Positions 33,613-43,663 of a DNA stretch of 64,000 nt are shown here, piece by piece. The position numbers and the translations under genes were made by a program. Origin of the DNA: Cyanidioschyzon merolae. Taxonomy: Eukaryota. The notes beneath the pieces are model-generated. The model saw nothing but the letters and a program-made list of their open reading frames with translations. It had not been told where the DNA came from and did no database searches. Numbering within the stretch: position 1 is the first letter of the stretch; each line of letters starts with the position of its first letter. The stretch lies in NCBI GenBank assembly GCA_000091205.1, contig AP006497.2; one strand, given 5' to 3'.

Positions 33613-33700
33613 TGGTGCTGCGCGGGCTCGAACCGCGGACCTTCGTGTGGCAGCTATCTGCTTATCAGCACGATGCGATAACCATCTTCGCCACAGCACC
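33613..33700 (-). tRNA. tRNA gene with a ~14-nt intron in the anticodon loop; predicted anticodon GAU (Ile) if loop is C-U-GAU-A-A; followed by oligo-T Pol III terminator
   Basis: Reverse complement reads GGTGCTG-TG-GCGA-AGATGGTTA-TCGC-A-TCGTG-[CTGATAAGCAGATAGCTGCCA]-CACGA-AGGTC-CGCGG-TTCGAGC-CCGCG-CAGCACC-A then CAGCTTTTTT. It has a 7-bp acceptor stem, a 4-bp D stem, a 5-bp anticodon stem enclosing 21 nt (7-nt loop plus 14-nt intron), a T-arm with TTCGAGC loop and a discriminator A. Anticodon assignment is tentative. Confidence 0.6.
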
Positions 33701-33840
33701 TTCACTAGATCGCTTACAGCAATGGCGCCAGCGACGTAAGTTGGATTCAGGAGACCAAAAATTCTATATAAATCCCATGGCTTGGATGCGCATCTGGATT
33801 AGATCGCTGCTTCGTGATTTAGACGCCGAAGCGCTACAAC

Positions 33841-35745
33841 TTGGCGAATGCTTATAGTATAGAGCTTTGGCGGGGCTATCGTACCAGCTCAAAGCGGTTG
33901 GACTCTTTTGCTATTCTTCACATGCGGCGTGAGAACGCTTTCAGAGCGCTAGCTCTCTGCATAGCGCTCTGTATTCTAACGATAATTATTTGGGACCAGT
34001 ACTGGAACGTCCTGCTGCGACATGGCTACGGTACTACCTGGTTCCGGCGGCGTGCGGAACCGCATGAGCGCGCGCCGCATTCGCTCCAGGAAAACGACGA
34101 ATCCGTGGTTGAGCTTGAGGAATACGCGAGTCTCGGAGAACTGCTTTCAGCTGCAACGTGTACTTCGAATTCAGACTGCACCTATGGCCTAGTGTGTGTG
34201 AACGCCACTTGCACAGGGTGCTCTAGCACAGAACAGTGCAGCAATATTCAGCTTGACTGCGATGCCAACTCCAACAGATGTGTGCATAAGCCTCTCTCTA
34301 GATTTACTTGGCGCGATGGCCTTACTTTCGGTCTAATATTTGTTATCGCAGGGTTATCGAGCACAGGGGGCGTAGGAGGCGGCTTTTTATTCGTGCCTGT
34401 ACTCGTGCTACTCACTGGCTTTCAAGCAAGGCGCGCTGCTGCACTATCCCAAGCACTCGTAACTGGCGGCTCGGGTGCTAATGCCTTCTATGGTTTAATC
34501 ACACGCCACCCGTTTCGAGAACGCCCGCGAATCGACTATTACGTTGTGACTGTGTTCATGGCGACGATCCTCTGTGGGACGAGTGTTGGCGTCATCCTGA
34601 ATATACTCTTCCCGAATTTCTTCACGCTCTTCATGCTCGCGGTCCTCGTTGCGTACGTGTTTTACATTAGCATCAAGAAAGCCATTCAACTGTGGAAAGA
34701 TGAAAGAGCTGCATCGCGGAATGTTCGGGCCCAAGACCAAGGCGCCGATGCGGCTGCATCGAACGATGTGAACGCAGATGGCTCTTACGACGCATCGTGC
34801 CGTGGAACTGAGGCAGAGCATTGCACCGATGAAAGTTTCTCTATCCACAGTGACCAAATTGTAGACATGCAGGATACCGGTCACGAGCGTACATTTTCAG
34901 TCAAGTCCGAGTCAGTTCATTCTACCGAGGGCAATGAAGGCATGCGCACCTGGGCTTTCGGGCGCCTCTGGACCAGACTCATAGGTTTCTTTGATCCGAC
35001 ACTTCAATTCCACAGCGCAGACGAAATTATGAAGTATGAAAGTCGTCAGTATCCGCTCGGATCGCTTGTATATGTGCTCGCTATCTTTGCGTTTCTTGTC
35101 GTCTTGTCGGTATTCCGAGGTGGAGGCTCGAGCCGAGTGTCTGTGATAGGTGTGGAAAACTGCAGCGCAATTTTTATATTGCTATATATTGTTCAGGAAA
35201 TTGGACTTCTCTGTTTCTCGGTCGCCGCAGGTTTTCGTAATTTGCGCATGCATCTGGTCAAGTTACGTGTCGGTTATGAGTTTTACGAGCGCGACATGGA
35301 ATGGACGCGCAACAGAATTTTGTGGATTGCTCCGCTCATGATCTTTCTTGGAGCCGTTGGTGCATGGGTCGGCGCTGGTGGCTCTTTCATGTCGACTCCG
35401 ATTTTAATTGCTGGAGTCGGAATGGATCCGCTCGTGGTGCAAGCAACTGCGGGGTTCATGAACTTCGTGGCGGCTTTTTCCAGCGCGATTCAGTACTATG
35501 TGAATCATGAGCTACCGCTGGACTATGGCCTCGCGCTCGGGGGCACCGCTTTCCTTGGATCACTGTCTTTCGTTGTCTTTTTCAATAGGCTCGTGTACAA
35601 ATTCAAACTCCAAGCTATTCTTGTGTTTATCATGGCAGGGGTCATGTTCGGGGCCGCAGTTCTCAATATCTACGCGGGAGCGTTAGAGCTCAAAACAACA
35701 CTCAACCAAGGAAAGCCGTTCCCCTTCGGGAACATATGTGGGTGA
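33841..35745 (+). CDS. TauE/SafE (sulfite exporter-type) family membrane protein with N-terminal signal anchor and Cys-rich extracytoplasmic domain
   Basis: 634 aa. Two TauE/SafE-like repeats with Gly-rich helix starts (GGVGGGFLFVPVLVLLTG..., GAGGSFMSTPILIAGVGMDPLVVQATAGFMNFVAAFSSAIQYY) and many TM helices. The N-terminal domain has spaced Cys (CTSNSDCTYGLVCVNATCTGCSSTEQCSNIQLDCDANSNRC). Confidence 0.8.
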   Translation: MANAYSIELWRGYRTSSKRLDSFAILHMRRENAFRALALCIALCILTIIIWDQYWNVLLRHGYGTTWFRRRAEPHERAPHSLQENDESVVELEEYASLGELLSAATCTSNSDCTYGLVCVNATCTGCSSTEQCSNIQLDCDANSNRCVHKPLSRFTWRDGLTFGLIFVIAGLSSTGGVGGGFLFVPVLVLLTGFQARRAAALSQALVTGGSGANAFYGLITRHPFRERPRIDYYVVTVFMATILCGTSVGVILNILFPNFFTLFMLAVLVAYVFYISIKKAIQLWKDERAASRNVRAQDQGADAAASNDVNADGSYDASCRGTEAEHCTDESFSIHSDQIVDMQDTGHERTFSVKSESVHSTEGNEGMRTWAFGRLWTRLIGFFDPTLQFHSADEIMKYESRQYPLGSLVYVLAIFAFLVVLSVFRGGGSSRVSVIGVENCSAIFILLYIVQEIGLLCFSVAAGFRNLRMHLVKLRVGYEFYERDMEWTRNRILWIAPLMIFLGAVGAWVGAGGSFMSTPILIAGVGMDPLVVQATAGFMNFVAAFSSAIQYYVNHELPLDYGLALGGTAFLGSLSFVVFFNRLVYKFKLQAILVFIMAGVMFGAAVLNIYAGALELKTTLNQGKPFPFGNICG

Positions 35746-35936
35746 TTTTCGAAACGAATTCGTACTGATTGGAGAGATACCGGCGTCGATGCAGGCGGAG
35801 ACATCTGCGACTCTCGTCGCAGCACGCTCTTATCTGGAACTCGACTCGCTGGCAAATGCCGTTCATCACGGAAGCCTAATGGTTGCGATCAAAAAGGCAC
35901 GATATGCGCTGCATATGCCGATATTCGGAGGCGAGA

Positions 35937-37322
35937 TTAACAGTGGTGCTTATTTTTGCTGAGTCTATGCAAATACGAGCACGTGATGCGATGTCCAAAG
36001 TCGGTGACAGAGTCAACGAATGCTTTTTCCTCTTTTAGCGGGAAAAAGCGGCATGAAAACAATCTGAATGAAGTAAGCGCCACTATATCAAGGGCGCTTT
36101 CGGAGATGGAAATGAGCCCTATGTCTCGAATCTTACCAGGCCGGCAGCGCTCCTCAGCGGATTCGACAGCCAGCCGGTCGATGACTTTGAAACTAGATTC
36201 TCCATCAGAATTCGAGATGCACTGAATAAGAAGAATTTCACCTCTGCTCGTTCCAAGAAAAGCGTACCGATTCCCTGAATTTGCGCCATACTCACGGACA
36301 AAGTAGACGCAGCTGATCAGAGCATCCGTAAGTTTTTCCGATGAGACAGCAGTGCCCGAGTTAAGGTCATACATTTCGAGAATACTGCGCCCTGCGAAGA
36401 AAAAGACAGCAGATTCCGGACACCATTCCACGCTTTCGGGCCGGAAACCGAGCCGGAATCGAAGCTCAGGAAATGCGAGGCTCTTGATGCTCTCGCGTCC
36501 ATTGGAGGTATTTCTCGGTCGACATCCTCTGTTTCGCTTTGATTCTAGCAACTTCTCCAAACTCCATAAAGTCAATTGCGGTCTTTCATCCAGCGTGAAA
36601 AACTGGGCTTTGTTTCTTGTCATAACGATATGGGTTATCGGCCATTTCCCAAGCGAAAGCGTTTTCTTTAAGAACCACTTTCTGAACGGCTGGCCTGTAC
36701 AAAGCCAAACTGCTAGTTTGCCTCTCGTTTTGCCCCCAGCCGCGAGCAGAAAAGTCCGGTCATGAAGCCGAACGAAAGCCAGATCGTTGACGCATTCTGT
36801 CTGGCTATCGAAAGTCTCAAGCAAAACGCTTCGGGAAACGTCTAGAAACGCAACTTCACCGTTAGAAGCCCCGAACGCAGCGAAAACTGCCGCTTCACCA
36901 GCATCTGCAGCACTATAGACAGCGACTTTACGAACGGAAGCGCTGAGCACGACCGATCCAAACGCTTTTATAACAGTTATAGGACTATTTTCGCTAGACA
37001 ACGAGCACTGTTGATGCTTTTCGCTGTCAACAGAGGCGAACTTTTCGCCGGGCAATATATTTTGAGCAAAGTTGAGCTTCGCAATACCTCCAGAGTACGT
37101 TCCTATAAAGGCCTCTGCTACTGTTATCCTAGAACTTGTTTCCGAGGTCCGCCCAGCGGCCTCCATAAGGAAGCAACAACCGAATACCCCGTGCCAACTC
37201 AGCACATCTGCTGGCAGGTCGGCGTCGACAGCGGCTTCGACATCAGCGACGATTTGCGCGCTGAAGTTTCTTGGTTGAGGTCGACCCATGGATTCGAAAC
37301 TGGGGCGTGAGCTGAGAATCAA
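35937..37322 (-). CDS. Hypothetical protein, probably WD40/beta-propeller-like; start uncertain (M1 at 37322 or M12 at 37289)
   Basis: 461-aa uninterrupted ORF. Repeated beta-strand-like blocks (GEVAFLDVS, KLAVWLCT, ILEMYDLNSG, ILLIQCIS) suggest a propeller, but the family is unconfirmed. Confidence 0.55.
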   Translation of the reverse strand: MILSSRPSFESMGRPQPRNFSAQIVADVEAAVDADLPADVLSWHGVFGCCFLMEAAGRTSETSSRITVAEAFIGTYSGGIAKLNFAQNILPGEKFASVDSEKHQQCSLSSENSPITVIKAFGSVVLSASVRKVAVYSAADAGEAAVFAAFGASNGEVAFLDVSRSVLLETFDSQTECVNDLAFVRLHDRTFLLAAGGKTRGKLAVWLCTGQPFRKWFLKKTLSLGKWPITHIVMTRNKAQFFTLDERPQLTLWSLEKLLESKRNRGCRPRNTSNGRESIKSLAFPELRFRLGFRPESVEWCPESAVFFFAGRSILEMYDLNSGTAVSSEKLTDALISCVYFVREYGANSGNRYAFLGTSRGEILLIQCISNSDGESSFKVIDRLAVESAEERCRPGKIRDIGLISISESALDIVALTSFRLFSCRFFPLKEEKAFVDSVTDFGHRITCSYLHRLSKNKHHC

Positions 37323-37623
37323 ACTAGGCGTTGCGCTTCGTACTGCGAAAGATCTTGACTACTATGAGAAAGAGCTTGTGACGCTCCGAATGAGGATAGA
37401 AGAGGAAAGGAAAAACGGTTCGGATTGCTTGCGCCAACTGCAGGACGTTTTTAGTGAGACGGAGGCTATGATCCCGGACGCACGGTTCCGGCTTCAACGA
37501 GCTACCCAGGAGCTTGAAGTGGCACTAAATAAGGCCAGTTTTGCTGGTGCAGCTGATGAATCCGACACGAGCCGGGCGGAAGTCTTGTTACAAGAACTGA
37601 GAACGAAGCAGCTTGTCCGCTGA
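37288..37623 (+). CDS. TBCA: Tubulin-folding cofactor A (TBCA)
   Basis: 111 aa; aligns along its length with TBCA: RELRIKLGVALRTAKDLDYYEKELVTLRMRIEEERKNGSD..LRQLQDVFSETEAMIPDARFRLQRATQELEVAL versus human RQIKIKTGVVKRLVKEKVMYEKEAKQQEEKIEKMRAEDGENYDIKKQAEILQESRMMIPDCQRRLEAAYLDLQRIL. Confidence 0.8.
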   Translation: MDSKLGRELRIKLGVALRTAKDLDYYEKELVTLRMRIEEERKNGSDCLRQLQDVFSETEAMIPDARFRLQRATQELEVALNKASFAGAADESDTSRAEVLLQELRTKQLVR

Positions 37624-37874
37624 GATGTTTCGAGTACTAGAACGTGCGATACCCCCGACGTCAAGATAGATTTTCACACCGTATCAAAGTGCTCATTTGT
37701 TAGAGCTTGCCTGGATTCATTTTTATTCAAGGTAAACACGGAACCGTTTCGAATAGAACATGTGTGTCGAGTTGATTTTCTGTAAGTCGACTTGGGTTGC
37801 AGAGTTTGAAATAGGCATGAAACAGCGTAAGTCTAAGGGTATTCTTATGGGAGATTCTAAATGGCTGCTGCAAT

Positions 37875-38711
37875 CTAAAATGGAATGGGTTTCCCCAATC
37901 GCCAAAAATGCGGATAGCGAGAAGAGCAGCGCTCCCTTACGATGCGATGCTGAAGCTCAGCCAGTTGAAGGATATCTTTTGCTGCAGCGGAGGGTTCGCG
38001 CTGACCTCCAAGTGGATTCATGTTCGACTTCACGTCACCGGGGCAAATTGCATCTATTCGAATATGCGATGGCGCCGTCCGAGCTTGTAAAAGAGTTAGC
38101 CGGTTTAACAAAGCCTTTGACAGCCGATACGCAGGTTCGTCACCGTGGACGACTGCATATGGCTGAAGACCGGCCTGATCAACTCGCTCGACCACTGCGT
38201 GCATAAAATCGGTCAGCTCATCATAACTCTCCAACTGCTCGATAGCCCTGCGCCAGTATGAATTAAAGAAGCACAGTTCCCCGTCACCTGAGCTCACATT
38301 TATGACTGAACAGGGCTCAGGGTAGTGCCTCATGTCCAGATAGTGAAAAACCTCGTAGAGTCGCTGCGGAAACACGACATTGACAGAGAAAGTTTCCAAA
38401 AGTGTAAAGGCGTCCCAGTTTTTCGGGCATATGGCAGCAATATTTACTACGAGCTGAATGCGCGGAAACTTCTCCCAGGCAGACACTAGCAACGAAAGTT
38501 TGGAGTGAAAATCCTCTGAGGTTGCGGAACGAGCATCAAGTTCAAACAAGAATAGGTTTTGCGGACAGGGACCCCGCGTCGACTCCAGTGTCTTCCTTTG
38601 TCGCGTTAAACCGAGTACGATCCAGCCCTCGCGCAGTAAGTTGTTTACGGTTGACCATCCGATAGAGCCCCCGCAGCCTGTCACTAACGCGACTCTTGGT
38701 TGTGAGTCCAT
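37875..38711 (-). CDS. Short-chain dehydrogenase/reductase (SDR) family protein
   Basis: 278 aa. N-terminal Rossmann motif ALVTGCGGSIGWST, NIAAI (NNAG-like), and catalytic YxxxK (YRLSKALLN). Confidence 0.85.
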   Translation of the reverse strand: MDSQPRVALVTGCGGSIGWSTVNNLLREGWIVLGLTRQRKTLESTRGPCPQNLFLFELDARSATSEDFHSKLSLLVSAWEKFPRIQLVVNIAAICPKNWDAFTLLETFSVNVVFPQRLYEVFHYLDMRHYPEPCSVINVSSGDGELCFFNSYWRRAIEQLESYDELTDFMHAVVERVDQAGLQPYAVVHGDEPAYRLSKALLNRLTLLQARTAPSHIRIDAICPGDVKSNMNPLGGQREPSAAAKDILQLAELQHRIVRERCSSRYPHFWRLGKPIPF

Positions 38712-39132
38712 CAGAGCTGCCCTGACACGAAAACACTACTGCGAGCGGAACGCTCGGAAAGCTCTTTGTGGACGCCCTCCAGAGTAGACACTCAAAAATA
38801 CGTCCAAGTCACAACCACGACGTCGTACGGACTAGACAAAAGAGGGCTCAAATGAAAATAAACATGCAGCCACTACAGTTTCTAAAGCTTTTCAACGACC
38901 AGACGAAATACACTGCGCTCTTATCTGTGCGAGGCGACTGGATGGTCGCTGTACACAGACAGTGCTCTCACAGAATTTTTTGACACCAATTTGTCGGAGG
39001 ATTAGTTGAATCAGCAGAGCCTTTCGCAGCGATGGAGACACCCTGATGACATCTAAGCAACTCTGGTGTGCGGGTATTGTAGTCAAGTCGAGTGTAGCTT
39101 CCATTTATACTCAGTAAAATAAAAACATTCTA

Positions 39133-40423
39133 CGACCATGGAGGGTATCGTGATACCCGCTACCAGATGCCTCCTAATCTCTTTTGACCTGCCGCCTGCT
39201 ATCAGTCTCATCCTCTCATTGTAAACGTCAAACCGGATGGGCTGCCTCACAAAATTCGCTCGCGTCAGCTCCTCCGGTCTCGTCTTCAGTACCCCACATT
39301 GTCTGGTATTGATGGCGGCATTGAAATCACGGTTAATGAACTCCGTGCGTTTGTTCCCTCTTGTGGAGCTCACTATTGGTAGAATTACTCGAACTCGTGC
39401 TTTCTGTGCCATTACAGTCTCGTCGTGCTCCCGCGGGACGAACACCTTTGTCTCACCTGCCTCCGCTCTTTTTATTCCACGTGATTTGCTCTTATTCGCT
39501 CGATGGTTGGCGATAAGAGGATTTTTTCGTTTTTTTCCGGCAGTCGGTGATGACGGGCCTCCAGGAGGATCGACTTCCCTGTCAATGCCTTCCCCACTGA
39601 TTGTTTTATTCTAAAAAATGGACACGCTTCTTTATGCTTTTATACGAAGATCTTCCCGAGAAAGAGGCACTGGTATAAGAAAGAGGAATCGTGCCCAGGC
39701 GTTACCATGCTGAAAGCTTCAGAGGTTCGCCCAGTGGAGCGACCATTACGTTCCACAATAGAAAACACTCGTACGATGGGGTTGAACCTCGGGCAGTGCG
39801 AAGGAGTAAAAAGCAGCTCTAGCCCTACAGAATCGGTAAAAGCTGGAACGCAAATGGAATGGTGCAATGTCATGTTGTCCAACTGAAAAACGTCGCCAGA
39901 GGTTAGGGAAAAGTCTCCGACGATTCGTCGAAGTGGCTGCTGTGTTATAAGTATTCTCTACGAGCGAAACTGAGGCCGCCAACACTATCTACTACAGCTA
40001 GAACAGATGATGGTGTCGTCTTTCTCTTGGAGATCCATCGTACACGCCTTGGGCTCCTTCTCCGCGAATACGCATATACGCCCCAACGGTTTCGTCCGAA
40101 GTTAGTCTCATCGACCGAAAAGACAAACCGATGTCCCTCTGCTTAATACCGGTCGCGCCGTTCCGGGAATTCGGTGGTTGCGATGTCCGTGGAAGATGGC
40201 GGAGCCTGAAACTGAAAAATTTTTGGGACTACATCCGAATTTTTTCAGGACAACACGCAAAAGCTGTTGAAAAAAGAGACGCTCGAGGCGGCTACCATCG
40301 ACACTTTTGCTCCCCATACCGTGACCAATGAGTCAGTTTCCACGATCGACCGCAAGCAGTCTTTTAGTATTTTGGTGTTTGGCGCAGAGCCCATGTTCTT
40401 GGTTCTTTCAGTGTTTCGTAATT
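39133..40423 (-). mobile_element. Repeat/transposon family A, copy L2 (minus orientation); its 5' region continues into the left arm of the 40424-43663 palindrome
   Basis: TnpB-like tail ORF 39083..39445(-) (...SSTRGNKRTEFINRDFNAAINTRQCGVLKTRPEELTRANFV...). DDE-like tail ORF 39640..39882(-) (...GLELLFTPSHCPRFNPIVRVFSIVERNGRSTGRTSEAFS). Module A ORF 40108..40317(-) (...IFHGHRNHRIPGTARP). 3' terminus cgaccatgg at 39133-39141 (rc ccatggtcg). Confidence 0.7.
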
Positions 40424-41691
40424 ATCTGAGTACTGTCGTATGACTCACCTCAAGGACGAATGCAAGTCCTCTTTGCACTGCGCGGTCAAGAATGTATTCA
40501 TAGGAAATTCGCCTACGATCTAAACGGTACATCGCAAAGTTAGTTCGGTCGTCTGCAATACACTGTGTAGAACCACGCATTTACACTCAATGGGAGTGGC
40601 CCAGAACAGAGTTGAAAGAATAACCAAGACGCAACTTGGCGCCAGCAAATTTGGCACGCATTGTTTTCCAAGCGACTTCAGTCTTGTGCTGTCACTGGCT
40701 GTTGCCTTAATGAGGTTGATGGTATCGAAACCTCGTATATATATTAGCGCGCTTATTTTGGGAGTCATTGTCGTTGCAGTGGCCCTGCGCAGCTTGTCAA
40801 AGTTCTCCCATTCCACTCTAGTCTCGAGAGGGAACAGAGGGCTAGAGTTACACGCTTTTTATAACGTTTTCTGGAACTCAGGGACGCCACGTATAGCGCA
40901 AGAGCAACTATCCTGGCTCGAATCAAGCGGAATCAAAATCGATGCTCTGCACGTGTTCGCTTTCGGGACTAACCTGTCAGGGTTGGAAAGAATCGAGAAG
41001 TGGACAAGTGCACCAGTCGTATACGAGCAGTTGAGCCCGATCGGGAACGAGGAAGTTACGCTTGCGGCTCTACACAGGTTCTGCACAGTTGCGGAACTGA
41101 AAGGCAAAAGTGTCTTCGTTTTATACTTCCATCCAAAGGGTTCGTTTCATCCGAGCATTCGAAATGAAAAGTATCGACAAGCCGTTGGGCATTATGTGCT
41201 GCGAAAGCCCCAGGGTTGCCTGAGCGCCATGGCGCTTCAATCATGCGACGCTTGTAGTCTCCGCTTCTCAGAGTATCCGCACGCTCATTTTCCTGGGAAT
41301 ATGTGGTGGGCAAACTGTAGTTATATCTCCATGCTGTATGCGCCGGATATTCCGAGAACAGAGCTCAAGTCTGCAAAGCTTCCGGAATATTGCATAGGGC
41401 TCGGTCGGTTTGCTAGTGAACACTGGATTGGTTCGCACCCTCAACTAAGACCATGCGACTGCTTCCCCGTCACTGAGGACGCATTTTACTGGTATGGGTT
41501 CTCGGGTCTCGATGGTGTCCACCGTCTGATGAACAGTACGATGGACTGCAGGCGGGGGCCGCGTCCGAATATAATTGAGATTGCGCGAAAAAAAGGATAC
41601 GATGTCGAGCTTAACCTACGCTGCCGTGAAGTTTCGGCCGCAGGCGACAGACGCGCCTATGGCTTTGAAACTACGTCGAGCTAAGGCTCGC
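40424..41691 (+). repeat. Left arm of a large inverted repeat (1268 bp, apparently 100% identical to 42396-43663 in reverse complement); contains gene copy 40590..41684
   Basis: ORF track shows identical 364-aa proteins at 40590..41684(+) and 42403..43497(-) and identical 98-aa ORFs at 40520..40816(-) / 43271..43567(+); all coordinates obey x <-> 84087-x. Arm ends were located by eye at 40424/43663 (outer) and 41691/42396 (inner). The ~704-bp spacer 41692-42395 is unique. Confidence 0.9.
40590..41684 (+). CDS. Hypothetical type-II membrane protein (N-terminal signal anchor + ~295-aa lumenal/extracytoplasmic domain); copy 1 of 2 identical genes
   Basis: 364 aa. TM segment ISALILGVIVVAVALRSL near the N-terminus. 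Conserved-looking blocks (HVFAFGTNLSG, VFVLYFHPKGSFHPS, HFPGNMWWANCSYISMLYAPD, CDCFPVTEDAFYWYGF) reminiscent of Golgi glycosyltransferase-like proteins, family not identified. Confidence 0.7.
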   Translation: MGVAQNRVERITKTQLGASKFGTHCFPSDFSLVLSLAVALMRLMVSKPRIYISALILGVIVVAVALRSLSKFSHSTLVSRGNRGLELHAFYNVFWNSGTPRIAQEQLSWLESSGIKIDALHVFAFGTNLSGLERIEKWTSAPVVYEQLSPIGNEEVTLAALHRFCTVAELKGKSVFVLYFHPKGSFHPSIRNEKYRQAVGHYVLRKPQGCLSAMALQSCDACSLRFSEYPHAHFPGNMWWANCSYISMLYAPDIPRTELKSAKLPEYCIGLGRFASEHWIGSHPQLRPCDCFPVTEDAFYWYGFSGLDGVHRLMNSTMDCRRGPRPNIIEIARKKGYDVELNLRCREVSAAGDRRAYGFETTSS

Positions 41692-42395
41692 AATGGACAC
41701 GGTATAGAAAAATCAAACCGGTTTTGAAAATTGCGATCCGGTGCGCCGCTCGAATTATTCATCGACATTCGATTTTATGCTCAGTCGGAGTGCCGTTTTA
41801 CTCCTGTATTCTCTAAAACCTTGGTACGCTCGCTACGGGAAGTCTTTAATGCGTTTCTGGCGTGCAAGTCTTATTTCCTGGGGAGTAATTCCATTCCGAC
41901 ATCACTTAGACACACGCCTATTTTGCATCTTCGGATCACTCAAGACATCCACACGGGTCTCGTCCGTTCGCTACGGTGGCCTGCTCCGGTCTTCTTTTAC
42001 TGGAATAGGGCTGTTTTCCTCCATTAAAAATACTTTCCGCATGGATCCTCTGAGATATATATTCAAGGCTTTAAAACCCCACTTGGTAGTTGACAGGTTC
42101 AGTTTATGATACTCTCACTAGCGAGATTTCACACTCGGAAGCTGTTTCCTTCAAAGAGAACACTGGCTGCACCTTACGAGAGTGGGGCTTAGTCGCGCAA
42201 CAGCACTATGATTTGAAGCTCACCAACGTAGGGAAAGGCTGTAGCGCGCACTGTCAGCGCGACATAATTCCAAAACCTTACTCTTTTCGAACGCTTTGCT
42301 GGTTCCGAAAATATGAATTGCCCCATTCGAGTACGATCCCAACAACTGCTTTTGCACTTCAAAATACCTGAAGACGCAACTGCGCCGCATCCATT

Positions 42396-43663
42396 GCGAG
42401 CCTTAGCTCGACGTAGTTTCAAAGCCATAGGCGCGTCTGTCGCCTGCGGCCGAAACTTCACGGCAGCGTAGGTTAAGCTCGACATCGTATCCTTTTTTTC
42501 GCGCAATCTCAATTATATTCGGACGCGGCCCCCGCCTGCAGTCCATCGTACTGTTCATCAGACGGTGGACACCATCGAGACCCGAGAACCCATACCAGTA
42601 AAATGCGTCCTCAGTGACGGGGAAGCAGTCGCATGGTCTTAGTTGAGGGTGCGAACCAATCCAGTGTTCACTAGCAAACCGACCGAGCCCTATGCAATAT
42701 TCCGGAAGCTTTGCAGACTTGAGCTCTGTTCTCGGAATATCCGGCGCATACAGCATGGAGATATAACTACAGTTTGCCCACCACATATTCCCAGGAAAAT
42801 GAGCGTGCGGATACTCTGAGAAGCGGAGACTACAAGCGTCGCATGATTGAAGCGCCATGGCGCTCAGGCAACCCTGGGGCTTTCGCAGCACATAATGCCC
42901 AACGGCTTGTCGATACTTTTCATTTCGAATGCTCGGATGAAACGAACCCTTTGGATGGAAGTATAAAACGAAGACACTTTTGCCTTTCAGTTCCGCAACT
43001 GTGCAGAACCTGTGTAGAGCCGCAAGCGTAACTTCCTCGTTCCCGATCGGGCTCAACTGCTCGTATACGACTGGTGCACTTGTCCACTTCTCGATTCTTT
43101 CCAACCCTGACAGGTTAGTCCCGAAAGCGAACACGTGCAGAGCATCGATTTTGATTCCGCTTGATTCGAGCCAGGATAGTTGCTCTTGCGCTATACGTGG
43201 CGTCCCTGAGTTCCAGAAAACGTTATAAAAAGCGTGTAACTCTAGCCCTCTGTTCCCTCTCGAGACTAGAGTGGAATGGGAGAACTTTGACAAGCTGCGC
43301 AGGGCCACTGCAACGACAATGACTCCCAAAATAAGCGCGCTAATATATATACGAGGTTTCGATACCATCAACCTCATTAAGGCAACAGCCAGTGACAGCA
43401 CAAGACTGAAGTCGCTTGGAAAACAATGCGTGCCAAATTTGCTGGCGCCAAGTTGCGTCTTGGTTATTCTTTCAACTCTGTTCTGGGCCACTCCCATTGA
43501 GTGTAAATGCGTGGTTCTACACAGTGTATTGCAGACGACCGAACTAACTTTGCGATGTACCGTTTAGATCGTAGGCGAATTTCCTATGAATACATTCTTG
43601 ACCGCGCAGTGCAAAGAGGACTTGCATTCGTCCTTGAGGTGAGTCATACGACAGTACTCAGAT
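42396..43663 (-). repeat. Right arm of the large inverted repeat (mate of 40424-41691)
   Basis: See left arm. Confidence 0.9.
42403..43497 (-). CDS. Hypothetical type-II membrane protein, copy 2 (identical to 40590..41684)
   Basis: Identical 364-aa translation in the ORF track. Confidence 0.7.
   Translation of the reverse strand: MGVAQNRVERITKTQLGASKFGTHCFPSDFSLVLSLAVALMRLMVSKPRIYISALILGVIVVAVALRSLSKFSHSTLVSRGNRGLELHAFYNVFWNSGTPRIAQEQLSWLESSGIKIDALHVFAFGTNLSGLERIEKWTSAPVVYEQLSPIGNEEVTLAALHRFCTVAELKGKSVFVLYFHPKGSFHPSIRNEKYRQAVGHYVLRKPQGCLSAMALQSCDACSLRFSEYPHAHFPGNMWWANCSYISMLYAPDIPRTELKSAKLPEYCIGLGRFASEHWIGSHPQLRPCDCFPVTEDAFYWYGFSGLDGVHRLMNSTMDCRRGPRPNIIEIARKKGYDVELNLRCREVSAAGDRRAYGFETTSS

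Noticed and set aside
33560-33760. Alternative reading of the tRNA region as a protein-coding fragment or as two half-tRNAs
   Set aside because: A single continuous cloverleaf with standard acceptor, D and T arms plus a downstream T-run explains the sequence. No second tRNA-like half was found nearby.
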